DNA of 56,366 nt from an uncultured bacterium (GTDB lineage Bacteria > Krumholzibacteriota > Krumholzibacteriia > Krumholzibacteriales > Krumholzibacteriaceae): contig CBDUUV010000001.1 of assembly GCA_965370495.1 (NCBI GenBank), positions 1 to 56,366 of the forward strand, in the 5' to 3' direction. The notes below the pieces were generated by a model, which was given only the letters and a program-made list of their open reading frames with translations, ran no database searches and was not told the origin of the DNA. Shown piece after piece: positions 47,078 through 55,944 of the stretch. Each line of letters starts with the position of its first letter. The stretch's first letter is position 1. Made by a program: the position numbers and the translations under genes.

Positions 47078-48073
47078 TCAATCGTTATTCCAGGGGTAAT
47101 GTTTCCTCGTTACGCAGTATTCCCCGGAAAAGGGAGACGAAAGGTCGATCCCGAATTCGAGTACGGGATCGTCATTATAGACATAAAGCTCGACAAAGCG
47201 CACAGTGTACTCGACAGGCAGCAGGTTTCTTATCACGTAGCGTGTGTCAAAGAGGCAGAGACAGTCGCACAGCCCGCCGGGCGGATCCTCTGACTCTGTG
47301 ATCGTAATGATATCATCTTCGATGACGATTACTGCATAGATCATATCCTGGCAGCAGTTGAACCCGGCGTTAATGTGGTCGAGAAACAGGGTGCTGCCGT
47401 CATATCCGTACGATACACATGACTGGTTGCGCGGGGTATCATCGAAATCCACCGATGGGATGAATTCCTTGCACCCTTTATAGTCGATGAGTTCTCCTTC
47501 GGGCAAACTGTAGGAACCGGTATTCCAGGGATAGATATTTCTCTTGATACATATCCGGTCGCTCGCATTTTCGGAAAGCTGCACAGTCGCCTGGAGATGA
47601 TCCTCGTCGCCCGTGTATTTCCCGATGAAAATGATGGTATATTCCCCCGGCTTGATATCTGTGAATTCGTATTCGATATCGTAAAGGCACAGGCAGTGGC
47701 ACCATGGGGCGTCGGGCCCCTCTTCTTCCCGGATCATGATGGTGTCAGCCTCGATCGTGATTTCCGCCTGGATGGTTCCGGGACAGCAGTTCAACCCGGC
47801 GTTGATATGAGTCATGGTCAGCGTACCGCCAGGCTCGTACTCGTACTCGAAACAGTCGTAATACATCGATGGTTCGTCTATCGCCGGTATCGCCTGCGCG
47901 GCGATGAAATCCTTGCATCCTGAAGCCTTCAGCAGTTCACCCGCAGGTTCCGTGGATGTGGATGTTCCGGTGACCGAGTCTTTCGCGCATCCTGTCGCAA
48001 GAAATGGCAGAATAAGCAACGCGGCCGCACAAAGGACAAACGGCCGGTATGAAGATTTTTCTCTGGCAGACAT
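47078..48073 (-). CDS. Cys-rich lipoprotein built from two tandem copies of an uncharacterised ~140-aa domain
   Basis: The lipobox reads LLILPFLATGC. Both halves share GCK[DE]FI, HINAG[LF]NCC, C.CLCL[YF]D, P.EYT and YPWN. A GGAAGGTGGA RBS precedes the ATG at 48073. Confidence 0.6.
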   Translation of the reverse strand: MSAREKSSYRPFVLCAAALLILPFLATGCAKDSVTGTSTSTEPAGELLKASGCKDFIAAQAIPAIDEPSMYYDCFEYEYEPGGTLTMTHINAGLNCCPGTIQAEITIEADTIMIREEEGPDAPWCHCLCLYDIEYEFTDIKPGEYTIIFIGKYTGDEDHLQATVQLSENASDRICIKRNIYPWNTGSYSLPEGELIDYKGCKEFIPSVDFDDTPRNQSCVSYGYDGSTLFLDHINAGFNCCQDMIYAVIVIEDDIITITESEDPPGGLCDCLCLFDTRYVIRNLLPVEYTVRFVELYVYNDDPVLEFGIDLSSPFSGEYCVTRKHYPWNND

Positions 48074-48517
48074 CTTTTCCACCTTCCTCATGAAAATTGG
48101 GCTCATACAGACAGCGCTGAAAATGTTATATAGCTAGAGCCTACACTATAAGTATAGGTATTCTGCCCCATGGTGTCAAATGCCGGCAGCAATATATTCA
48201 ATTGAAATATTCGCTCGTTTATAGTAGAAGTGTTAATAACAGGGGGGATTTGAATAACAGGGACTTTTATCAACGAAAACAAACCAGAGGTAGGCGCAGC
48301 GACAGTGGCTATCTCAACAATGGCATACGCGTTATTGACTTGGAATACACTTGATCAATTAAAGAATGCTAACGATTTGCAGCGAGAGGAACAGATTTCT
48401 ACACTTATTGGATTATAGGGAGATAAATTAGAATGGAATTCGATATCCGCAAGGATGATGTAATATAGAACCCAGCTTATCGCGAGGATATAGCCAATGA
48501 AAAAGGAGAGCCGATCC

Positions 48518-49246
48518 ATGATCTGGAAGGTTTTGGACATAGCGTCCAAAATGCTTGTTCCAATCGCGATTGCATACTTTGCTTACGCCCAAAACTCGAC
48601 TGTCACATTGATCCAGACGCAGCAACAAGAACGAGGTCTCGACTTGACGCTCGTTTCACTTGTTTGGCCATCTTTGATTGGTGGCGATGTTGACGAGCGT
48701 ACCAGCGCACTCGCGCTAGTCGAAACTTTCAACCCAGAGCTTAAACGCAGACTGGTCGAAGCCGTGATTCGAGATCCTGGGCAATCCGCTGAGATCGCAG
48801 AACGGGCTCAGCGCGTACTTGTCATGGAGGAAACTTCAAGCGAACCGCTTCCCGTGGGACTGAACGTTTTGGCGAAGTATAAGATCGATATCTATTTCGA
48901 CGAGAGTTCCGAGCGAGATCGGCAGTTGGCACAGGCTGTTAAGGCGGCACTCGATACAAGGAAACTCTCTCGATTGGCTGTAATCTCTCCACGCCCAATA
49001 TCGTTTCTGTCGCGAGTTGGCCAACCACGAGGGTACGAAATTCGCTATGAACGGGGAGTGGAAGATGATGCCGCGGCAACCCTTGCGACCATTCTGGAAA
49101 GCTCGAACGCTCAATTAGTCTTTGGTCTTCGTGAAGTGGGGGCGCCAAGTCCCGGACTGCTTTCGATCTTCATCTTCAGCAAAACCGGCCAACAATGGCA
49201 TCAACCGGACACTACAATCAGCATGCCAGTTGCGCCCGGTGCTTAG
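48518..49246 (+). CDS. Hypothetical membrane-anchored protein
   Basis: An AAGGAG RBS lies 8 nt before the second ATG, at 48518. There is an N-terminal TM segment (MLVPIAIAYFAYA). The C-terminal half loosely resembles a LytR_C-like alpha/beta unit (KIDIYFDESS..GYEIRYERG..AAATLATILE). The stop codon lies inside the dispersed repeat. Confidence 0.5.
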   Translation: MIWKVLDIASKMLVPIAIAYFAYAQNSTVTLIQTQQQERGLDLTLVSLVWPSLIGGDVDERTSALALVETFNPELKRRLVEAVIRDPGQSAEIAERAQRVLVMEETSSEPLPVGLNVLAKYKIDIYFDESSERDRQLAQAVKAALDTRKLSRLAVISPRPISFLSRVGQPRGYEIRYERGVEDDAAATLATILESSNAQLVFGLREVGAPSPGLLSIFIFSKTGQQWHQPDTTISMPVAPGA

Positions 49247-49304
49247 CTGGATTAAAGAAGCAAGAAACAGGCAACTGCCGAGCCAGCTGGTGCCGGTTAT
49301 GCCA
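49197..49304 (+). repeat. Dispersed imperfect-hairpin repeat, copy A (expanded or duplicated right arm)
   Basis: GGCATCAACCGGACACT (49197..) is followed by the degenerate arm CCAGTTGCGCCCGGTGCTTAGC (49226..49247). After that comes CCAGCTGGTGCCGGTTATGCCA (49283..49304), which is identical over 22 nt to 55567..55588. Confidence 0.6.
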
Positions 49305-49452
49305 ACTGTTGTTATACGGAAAGTCAGTTAATGAAATGAGTGGCTCAAAGCTGCGGATTTCCAACCGCTTCAGGGAATCAGGTCAAGTCTTCAGCGGGCC
49401 AGTTTCATCAGGAAAACTATCCAACCCGAGTTCATGCCTTTGTCAGGCCATT

Positions 49453-50382
49453 TTAACTACGATTATCTGCAATTAATTTGTCAGATAATCTTTTAAAGAT
49501 AACTTCTCGTGGTATATTCCTGTCAATTAATAGTGCTATCCAACTCAATACACACGATAGTATCAGGAATATAAGAATGGCCAATAATTGATTGATTCCA
49601 TGTTCTGTAAAATAAGTTATTGTAAAAATAAGAGGGAAATGGATTAGAAACAAAGGAAAAGATATTGCGCTAATGAAGGAAATTATTGGAACTGTTCTTT
49701 TCATTGAATTCAAACATTGCCAAGTACCTGTTGGTAAGATAACCGCAAGATACATTCCTAAAGCAAACTCAGAAATTCTGCATAACGGAAACCAATCAAT
49801 AGGTCTTTGTGGAAGAATCCCGTATCTGCCTAATATGAAACGCAAGAGCCCGCTAATAAATAGTAAGGTGAAAAATGTAATGTGAGGATTTCTTTTTATG
49901 AATTTTGATAAAAAAGGAAATAACAAATATAGACTCATGATCAACCCGATAAACCAGCTTGTTGCAACAAAAGGACCACCCCACTTACCCGCAAATGAAT
50001 ATAATCCTGTCATACTTAAAATTATATCACTGAAACCCAGGCTTGAAAAAGCTGTAGCTATTGATCCTGTATCTATATAGGTTTTATAGAAATAGGCTGC
50101 GACACCAACAACTATACTCATATAATAAACAGGGTAAATTCTTAACCATCGTTTTATAATAAACAGCGAATATACAATCTTCTTGTTACCATGCTGCAAC
50201 TCCAGAACTATACCGGATACAATCAAAAAAAATGTTACGGCAAGTCCACCAAGAGAAACATAATAAAAATTATAAACACCGCAAAATCTGCCAATAGGAT
50301 TGGAAATTTCCTGGCCAATATGGGCAGATAACAGAAAAACAATTGCTCCGGCCCGGATTAAATCTATGAATATGTATCTCAA
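49453..50382 (-). CDS. Acyltransferase family 3 (OafA/YrhL-type O-acyltransferase) membrane protein, in a low-GC gene
   Basis: The protein has about 10 TM segments and the N-terminal motif RYIFIDLIRAGAIVFLLSAH. It starts with TTG. The gene is strikingly AT-rich. Confidence 0.7.
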   Translation of the reverse strand: MRYIFIDLIRAGAIVFLLSAHIGQEISNPIGRFCGVYNFYYVSLGGLAVTFFLIVSGIVLELQHGNKKIVYSLFIIKRWLRIYPVYYMSIVVGVAAYFYKTYIDTGSIATAFSSLGFSDIILSMTGLYSFAGKWGGPFVATSWFIGLIMSLYLLFPFLSKFIKRNPHITFFTLLFISGLLRFILGRYGILPQRPIDWFPLCRISEFALGMYLAVILPTGTWQCLNSMKRTVPIISFISAISFPLFLIHFPLIFTITYFTEHGINQLLAILIFLILSCVLSWIALLIDRNIPREVIFKRLSDKLIADNRS

Positions 50383-50637
50383 GTTCTTTTAATCTCCCTC
50401 AGGGGGCAGCACGCTCGATCGGCAAAGCCTGACAGGATTTCAACAGCAGAATTAGTAGTTCAAGCATAGATCAAAACAATTTAACGTGCAAGAAATAGTT
50501 CTGAAACAATGATCTGCCCCCCGGTGTGAAAGCAGAATACATATTGTTTCATTTCTTTAAAGGCGCGGCCGTGTATTGAAGAGAAATGTGATATTCATGT
50601 TGTGTTCCTTTTTCTTTTTTGTTAGGCTCCTGAAGAT

Positions 50638-51744
50638 TTGCCCGGAACAATCTTCAAAAAGGGGACCAAATTGCCAGAAAAAACCAGAAAATCGAAGCTG
50701 ATCCTCGAAGATGGATCGGTATTCGAAGGAGTACGGTTCGGCGCCGCGGCAGGGGCGGTCGGCGAGGTGGTGTTCAATACCGGGATGACCGGATATCCGG
50801 AGAGTCTCACCGACCCCTCATACAGGGGGCAATTACTTGCCCTCACATATCCATTGATCGGGAACTATGGAGTCCCCTCGGAACGGAGAGAAAATGGTCT
50901 CTCCGTTTTTTTTGAGTCCGACCGGATACAGGCCTCCGCCCTGATCGTATCAAGTTATATCGACGAATATTCTAACTGGAACGCATCGAGGTCGCTTTCG
51001 GCGTGGATGGAGGATTCGGGAGTGCCCGGGATTGCCGGTATCGATACCAGGGCCCTTACGCGACTCCTCCGCGAACGGGGAACGATGATGGGGCGTATCG
51101 TCACAGGCAGGACCGGCCCAAAAACCTTTCCACCGGAAAACGCGGGCCTGGTGGCGGAAGTCAGCATCGATGTTCCGGTAACGTATGAGAGAGGGCCGAA
51201 GAAAGTGCTCCTGGTCGACTGCGGAGTAAAGAACAATATCATCAGGGCTTTCCTTAACAGGGATATAACGGTAATACGAGTTCCCTACGATTGCGATTTC
51301 AACGAGATCGAAGCCGATGGGGTAATACTTTCGAACGGGCCGGGTGATCCCGGGAATTGCGGGGTCACTGTCGATAATGTCAGAAAGGCCATGAAACGGG
51401 GAAGGCCCATTCTCGGGATATGCCTTGGTTCGCAGATAATGGCACTAGCGGCAGGGGCGAAGACATACAAGCTTAAATACGGGCACAGGGGGCAGAATCA
51501 GCCATGCGTCGAATCGGGCACGAAACGGTGCTACATCACTTCCCAGAACCACGGATATGCCGTCGATGCCGGTACCCTGCCGAGAGACTGGCGAGAGTGG
51601 TTCCATAACTGCAACGACAACACGAACGAGGGGATCATACATATCTCAAGACCATTTTTCGGTACGCAGTTCCATCCGGAAGCCTCTCCCGGGCCGGATG
51701 ATTCGGAGTTCATCTTTGACATGTTTGTGAGGGCGACAGGATGA
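50638..51744 (+). CDS. carA: Carbamoyl-phosphate synthase small (glutaminase) subunit
   Basis: The motifs KLILEDGSVFEG, GICLGSQ (nucleophile Cys) and HGYAV are present. The start is TTG at either 50638 or 50671. The gene overlaps carB by 4 nt. Confidence 0.9.
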   Translation: MPGTIFKKGTKLPEKTRKSKLILEDGSVFEGVRFGAAAGAVGEVVFNTGMTGYPESLTDPSYRGQLLALTYPLIGNYGVPSERRENGLSVFFESDRIQASALIVSSYIDEYSNWNASRSLSAWMEDSGVPGIAGIDTRALTRLLRERGTMMGRIVTGRTGPKTFPPENAGLVAEVSIDVPVTYERGPKKVLLVDCGVKNNIIRAFLNRDITVIRVPYDCDFNEIEADGVILSNGPGDPGNCGVTVDNVRKAMKRGRPILGICLGSQIMALAAGAKTYKLKYGHRGQNQPCVESGTKRCYITSQNHGYAVDAGTLPRDWREWFHNCNDNTNEGIIHISRPFFGTQFHPEASPGPDDSEFIFDMFVRATG

Positions 51745-54700
51745 AGAAAAAGATGAGAAAAGTGCTCGTACTCGGGTCGGGCGCCATAAAGATCGGACAG
51801 GCCGGTGAATTCGACTACTCGGGAAGCCAGGCTATAAAAGCACTGAAGGAGGAAGGGATCGAGACTGTGGTTATCAACCCGAATATTGCCACGATCCAGA
51901 CCTCGGTCGACATGGCCGACAGGATATATTTTCTCCCCGTTACGCCGGAATTTACGGAAAAAGTGATAGCCAGAGAAAAGCCCGATGGGATTCTGCTGGC
52001 GTTCGGGGGACAGACAGCCCTGAACACCGGTGTGGCCCTCCACGAAAAGGGTGTTCTGATGCAGCACGGGGTCGAAGTCCTTGGCACTCCGGTCGACGCG
52101 ATTCTCGATACTGAGGACAGGAAGCGTTTTGTCAGGGTACTCGACGATCTGGGATTCAAGACTCCCGTCAGCAGGGCGGTGACCGATGTCGACCAGGCTG
52201 TCGAGGCCGCGGGCATCATCGGATACCCGGTCATGTGCCGGATAGCATACGCGCTGGGAGGGCTCGGATCGGGTATCGCCAGAAACAAAAAGGAACTGAA
52301 AGCGCTGGTAACGAGAGCATTCTCTCATTCCGGGCAGGTGCTGATCGAAGAATGCCTGCGTGGATGGAAGGAGCTGGAATACGAGGTCGTTCGTGACGCC
52401 AGTGACAATTGCATTGTTATCTGTTCGATGGAAAATCTCGATCCCATGGGAATACATACGGGCGAAAGCGTAGTGGTCGCTCCGGTCCAGACCCTTTCGG
52501 CAAGCGAACATTTTCTGCTCAGGTCGATATCTATCGGAGTGATCAGGAAGCTCGGAATAATAGGCGAGAGCAATATACAGTTTGCGCTCGATCCTCAAAA
52601 CGGTGATTACAGAATCATTGAAGTCAATGCAAGACTCAGCAGGAGTTCAGCGCTTGCGTCGAAAGCCACCGGCTATCCGCTCGCCTTTGTCGCTGCAAAG
52701 CTTTCGCTCGGCTATTCGCTGACGGATCTCAAGAATTCCGTGACAGGCACCACTTCTGCATGTTTCGAACCCGCCCTGGATTATATCGTCCTCAAGTTTC
52801 CGCGCTGGGATCTTCAGAAGTTCAGCATGGTCGATCCGGTCCTCGGGTCAGAGATGAAATCTGTCGGCGAGGTGATGGCGATAGGGAGGAGCTTTGAAGA
52901 AGTCATACAAAAGGCGATCAGGATGCTGGAGACCGGGATGAACGGATTGGTCGCCAACAACATCGAGTTCGGAGAAATCGAATCCGAGATGATCCAGCCG
53001 ACTGACAGGAGGCTCTTTGCGATTGCCGAAGCTCTGGGCAGGGGATATGGCGTGGAGCGTGTCTCGGAACTGACCGGCGTGGACGCCTGGTTCATTCACA
53101 GGATAAAAAGTGTGGCAGATACAGCTTTGCGCCTGGGGGAATATGCAAATGGCCGTGTGCCGCGCGCGCTTCTGGCTGAAGCGAAGCGCAAGGGGTTCTC
53201 CGACAGACAGATCTCTACTCTGGCCGGCGGCAGCGAGGAGGCTGTGAGGAAAAGGAGAAAGAAGGCAGGGATCGTTCCGGTAGTAAAGCAGATAGATACG
53301 ATGGCGGCCGAATACCCGGCGAAGACGAACTATCTCTATCTCACTTATAATGGAGATACGGATGATCCTGTTTTCGGTGAGAAGCAGAGGACGGTGGTGA
53401 TCGGGGGTGGTCCGTACAGGATAGGTTCGTCCGTCGAATTTGACTGGTGCTGCGTAAACTCGGTCCTTTCCCTGGACAGGAACGGGGAAGGCGCCATCAT
53501 GATAAACTGCAATCCGGAGACGGTCAGCACTGATTACGATATATGTGAAAGGCTGTATTTCGAGGAACTGTCGCTGGAACGGGTACTCGATATATGCGAC
53601 AAGGAATCGCCCTCCGGGGTGATCGTCTCAATGGGTGGACAGATCCCGAACAATCTTGCAAACCCTCTTTACAGGGCGGGGATACCGATACTGGGTACCA
53701 CACCCGATTCCATCGACAGGGCGGAGAACAGACACAGATTTTCGGCCCTGCTGGATGAAATCGGTGTCGATCAACCCCGATGGAAGGAATTGACCAGCCT
53801 CGAGGAAGCGGAAGCCTTCGCGGACGATGTCGGATATCCCGTACTTGTCAGGCCGAGTTACGTGCTCAGCGGCGCCGCTATGAGCATAGCCTTGAACAGA
53901 AAGGAACTCCACGAGTATCTGAGAAAGGCATCCGAAGTGAGTCCCGACCATCCCACAGTAATTACCAGGTTCCTGTCCGGCGCAAAGGAAATAGAGATCG
54001 ACGCTGTGGCGAAAGACGGAAAACTTGTGTGTTATGCGATATCCGAGCATGTGGAGAATGCCGGCGTGCACTCGGGTGACGCGACGATCGTGCTGCCTCC
54101 TCAGAGGACTTACCTGGAGACAATGCGCAGGGTCAAGCTGATTTCCAAAAGGATAGCCGGAGCCCTGGAGATAACGGGCCCTTTTAATATTCAGTTTCTT
54201 GCCAGGGACAATGATGTAAAGGTGATCGAGTGCAACCTGCGCGCTTCAAGGAGTTTTCCGTTCGTCTCAAAGGTTCTGGGGATAGATTTTATCGATATGG
54301 CGGTGAAGATAATGTTGGGCCTGGAAGTCCGCCCGCCCAACCGTTCTTCCTTCGATCTGGATTATGTTGGAGTCAAGGCCCCCCAGTTTTCGTTTACCCG
54401 TCTCAAGGGGTCTGACCCGGTGCTGGGTGTCGAGATGGTGTCCACCGGTGAAGTGGCCTGCCTGGGTGACGATTTCAACGAGGCGTTTCTCAAGAGTCTG
54501 CTTTCGGTGGGGTTCAGGATACCGGGGAAAGGTATCCTTCTGTCGACAGGCCCCGTGGAAATGAAAGTGGATTTTCTTGATTCGGCCCGGATGATGGCCG
54601 AAGCTGGATACAAATTCTACGCGACGGCCGGTACGGCCAGGTTTATGAAGGATCATGGGTTCAGGGTGAAGACCCTCTACTGGCCTGACGATCGCAGAGA

Positions 54701-54929
54701 GCCGAATACACTTACCTATATAGGTTCCGGAAAGATAGACCTGGTTATCAACATACCCAAGAATACCGAAAAGAACGAACTGGATAACGACTATCACATC
54801 AGGCGAAAAGCCGTGGATTTCGAGGTGCCACTGATAACCGACATGCAACTGGCAAAGAGGTTCGCAGAAGCAATATGCAGAGCAGGAGTCGACAGCCTCA
54901 ACGTAAAATGCCTGGATGAATATCACTAA
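51741..54929 (+). CDS. carB: Carbamoyl-phosphate synthase large subunit
   Basis: The 1062-aa product has duplicated ATP-grasp halves (KVLVLGSGAIKIGQAGEFDYSG and VVIGGGPYRIGSSVEFDWC) and a C-terminal MGS-like domain. Confidence 0.95.
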   Translation: MKKKMRKVLVLGSGAIKIGQAGEFDYSGSQAIKALKEEGIETVVINPNIATIQTSVDMADRIYFLPVTPEFTEKVIAREKPDGILLAFGGQTALNTGVALHEKGVLMQHGVEVLGTPVDAILDTEDRKRFVRVLDDLGFKTPVSRAVTDVDQAVEAAGIIGYPVMCRIAYALGGLGSGIARNKKELKALVTRAFSHSGQVLIEECLRGWKELEYEVVRDASDNCIVICSMENLDPMGIHTGESVVVAPVQTLSASEHFLLRSISIGVIRKLGIIGESNIQFALDPQNGDYRIIEVNARLSRSSALASKATGYPLAFVAAKLSLGYSLTDLKNSVTGTTSACFEPALDYIVLKFPRWDLQKFSMVDPVLGSEMKSVGEVMAIGRSFEEVIQKAIRMLETGMNGLVANNIEFGEIESEMIQPTDRRLFAIAEALGRGYGVERVSELTGVDAWFIHRIKSVADTALRLGEYANGRVPRALLAEAKRKGFSDRQISTLAGGSEEAVRKRRKKAGIVPVVKQIDTMAAEYPAKTNYLYLTYNGDTDDPVFGEKQRTVVIGGGPYRIGSSVEFDWCCVNSVLSLDRNGEGAIMINCNPETVSTDYDICERLYFEELSLERVLDICDKESPSGVIVSMGGQIPNNLANPLYRAGIPILGTTPDSIDRAENRHRFSALLDEIGVDQPRWKELTSLEEAEAFADDVGYPVLVRPSYVLSGAAMSIALNRKELHEYLRKASEVSPDHPTVITRFLSGAKEIEIDAVAKDGKLVCYAISEHVENAGVHSGDATIVLPPQRTYLETMRRVKLISKRIAGALEITGPFNIQFLARDNDVKVIECNLRASRSFPFVSKVLGIDFIDMAVKIMLGLEVRPPNRSSFDLDYVGVKAPQFSFTRLKGSDPVLGVEMVSTGEVACLGDDFNEAFLKSLLSVGFRIPGKGILLSTGPVEMKVDFLDSARMMAEAGYKFYATAGTARFMKDHGFRVKTLYWPDDRREPNTLTYIGSGKIDLVINIPKNTEKNELDNDYHIRRKAVDFEVPLITDMQLAKRFAEAICRAGVDSLNVKCLDEYH

Positions 54930-54980
54930 AAAGATATTGCATAATTAAACGGGTTTTGGTCTTTTAACTTCCGGCCAATT

Positions 54981-55421
54981 ATGATAAAAGTACCTGAAGA
55001 TGGGGCAAATACAAATAAGGATTTGAAAATTGCTTTAAACAATATCGAAAACGCAAAAAAGAGCATGGACGATGCTAAAATATCGCTTGAACAAGCTAAA
55101 GAGATGATAGATCCAACCAGAGTTGAATTGATCAGGGGTTATCAAACATATTTATCAGGTCTTTCGGAAAAAGAAAAAATGCAAAAAGTGAATCTTTTAA
55201 CATCCCTCTATTTGCGCAGCATGAATCTCACAATAGAAGATATAAAAATAATGCTAAATGCTATTGGGTATTATAAAGACAAGTTGGACAATGAATTTTC
55301 TGAGACTTATTATAAAGCATTATGTGAATTTCAAAAAGATACATGTTTGAATCCAGATGGAATTTTCGGATATCAAACCTATCGCAATTTATTAAATAAG
55401 AAAATGGAAGAAAATTCCTGA
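54981..55421 (+). CDS. Peptidoglycan-binding (PG_binding_1-like) domain protein, in a low-GC gene
   Basis: The C-terminus IKIMLNAIGYYKDKLDNEFSETYYKALCEFQKDTCLNPDGIFGYQTYRNL fits the PG-binding repeat pattern. I see no clear RBS or signal peptide, so the start is uncertain. Confidence 0.5.
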   Translation: MIKVPEDGANTNKDLKIALNNIENAKKSMDDAKISLEQAKEMIDPTRVELIRGYQTYLSGLSEKEKMQKVNLLTSLYLRSMNLTIEDIKIMLNAIGYYKDKLDNEFSETYYKALCEFQKDTCLNPDGIFGYQTYRNLLNKKMEENS

Positions 55422-55535
55422 CTCCTCGATGCAGCGAGTGTTGTTAAACAGCTTGAAGACGGCGTGCGAGGGAGTGGGCGCCAGGGCGCCGCATCTCGTG
55501 GCAGAACGGTCCAACCTTGGAGCGCACAGGACAAG

Positions 55536-55588
55536 GGCATCAACCGGGCACTGATCAACTGCTGCACCAGCTGGTGCCGGTTATGCCA
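55536..55588 (+). repeat. Dispersed imperfect-hairpin repeat, copy B (compact)
   Basis: GGCATcAACCGGgCAC (55536..55551) pairs with GTGCCGGTTaTGCC (55575..55588). That gives 14 bp with two single-nt bulges and a 23-nt loop containing CAGCTG. The copy is roughly 75% identical to copy A over about 60 nt by hand alignment. Confidence 0.6.
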
Positions 55589-55678
55589 GCCGTCTAAGTA
55601 GCGTATGCACCCGCCGCGCCAGTGAAACCCGCGGCTGAAGCGAAGGTTGCTGGATTTTCATAAACTGTTGGTTAATCC

Positions 55679-55713
55679 TTGACAAAACCACCAAATGTAT
55701 TACAATGTAATAC
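55679..55713 (+). promoter_or_regulatory. Sigma-70 promoter with an overlapping palindromic operator for the RHH/PIN operon
   Basis: TTGACA (55679..55684), a 16-nt spacer and TACAAT (55701..55706) form the promoter. A perfect inverted repeat GTATTACA-A-TGTAATAC (55697..55713) covers the -10 element. A GGGAGG RBS lies at 55714 and the ATG at 55726. Confidence 0.7.
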
Positions 55714-55725
55714 GGGAGGTAGATC

Positions 55726-55944
55726 ATGAATAGACCAATAACAGTCAGGCTTCCGGAAGATCTTCGAAAACTTCTCGAAGGAATCAGCAAAACTGAAAAC
55801 ATACCGGTTAGTGATGTTGTCAGGGAATCCATCCGAAAATATGTTTCCATATATCGCTTTCGGAAGTTACGAAACCAGGTTCTTCCATTTGCCGAGGCCC
55901 AAGGGCTTCTCACGGATGAAGATATTTTCAAGGGCCTGGAATGA
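55726..55944 (+). CDS. Ribbon-helix-helix (CopG/VapB-like) antitoxin
   Basis: The N-terminus MNRPITVRLPEDLRKLLEGISKTENIPVSDVVRESIRKY fits the RHH fold pattern. A 4-nt overlap links it to the PIN gene. Confidence 0.75.
   Translation: MNRPITVRLPEDLRKLLEGISKTENIPVSDVVRESIRKYVSIYRFRKLRNQVLPFAEAQGLLTDEDIFKGLE

Noticed and set aside
49197-55588. The two repeat copies might be direct repeats (att-like) bounding a 6.4-kb island, or attC sites of integron cassettes.
   Set aside because: The interval contains the core genes carA and carB at normal GC. No integrase or intI gene is present. The repeat lacks the RYYYAAC/GTTRRRY attC core sites. A dispersed REP-like element is the simpler reading.
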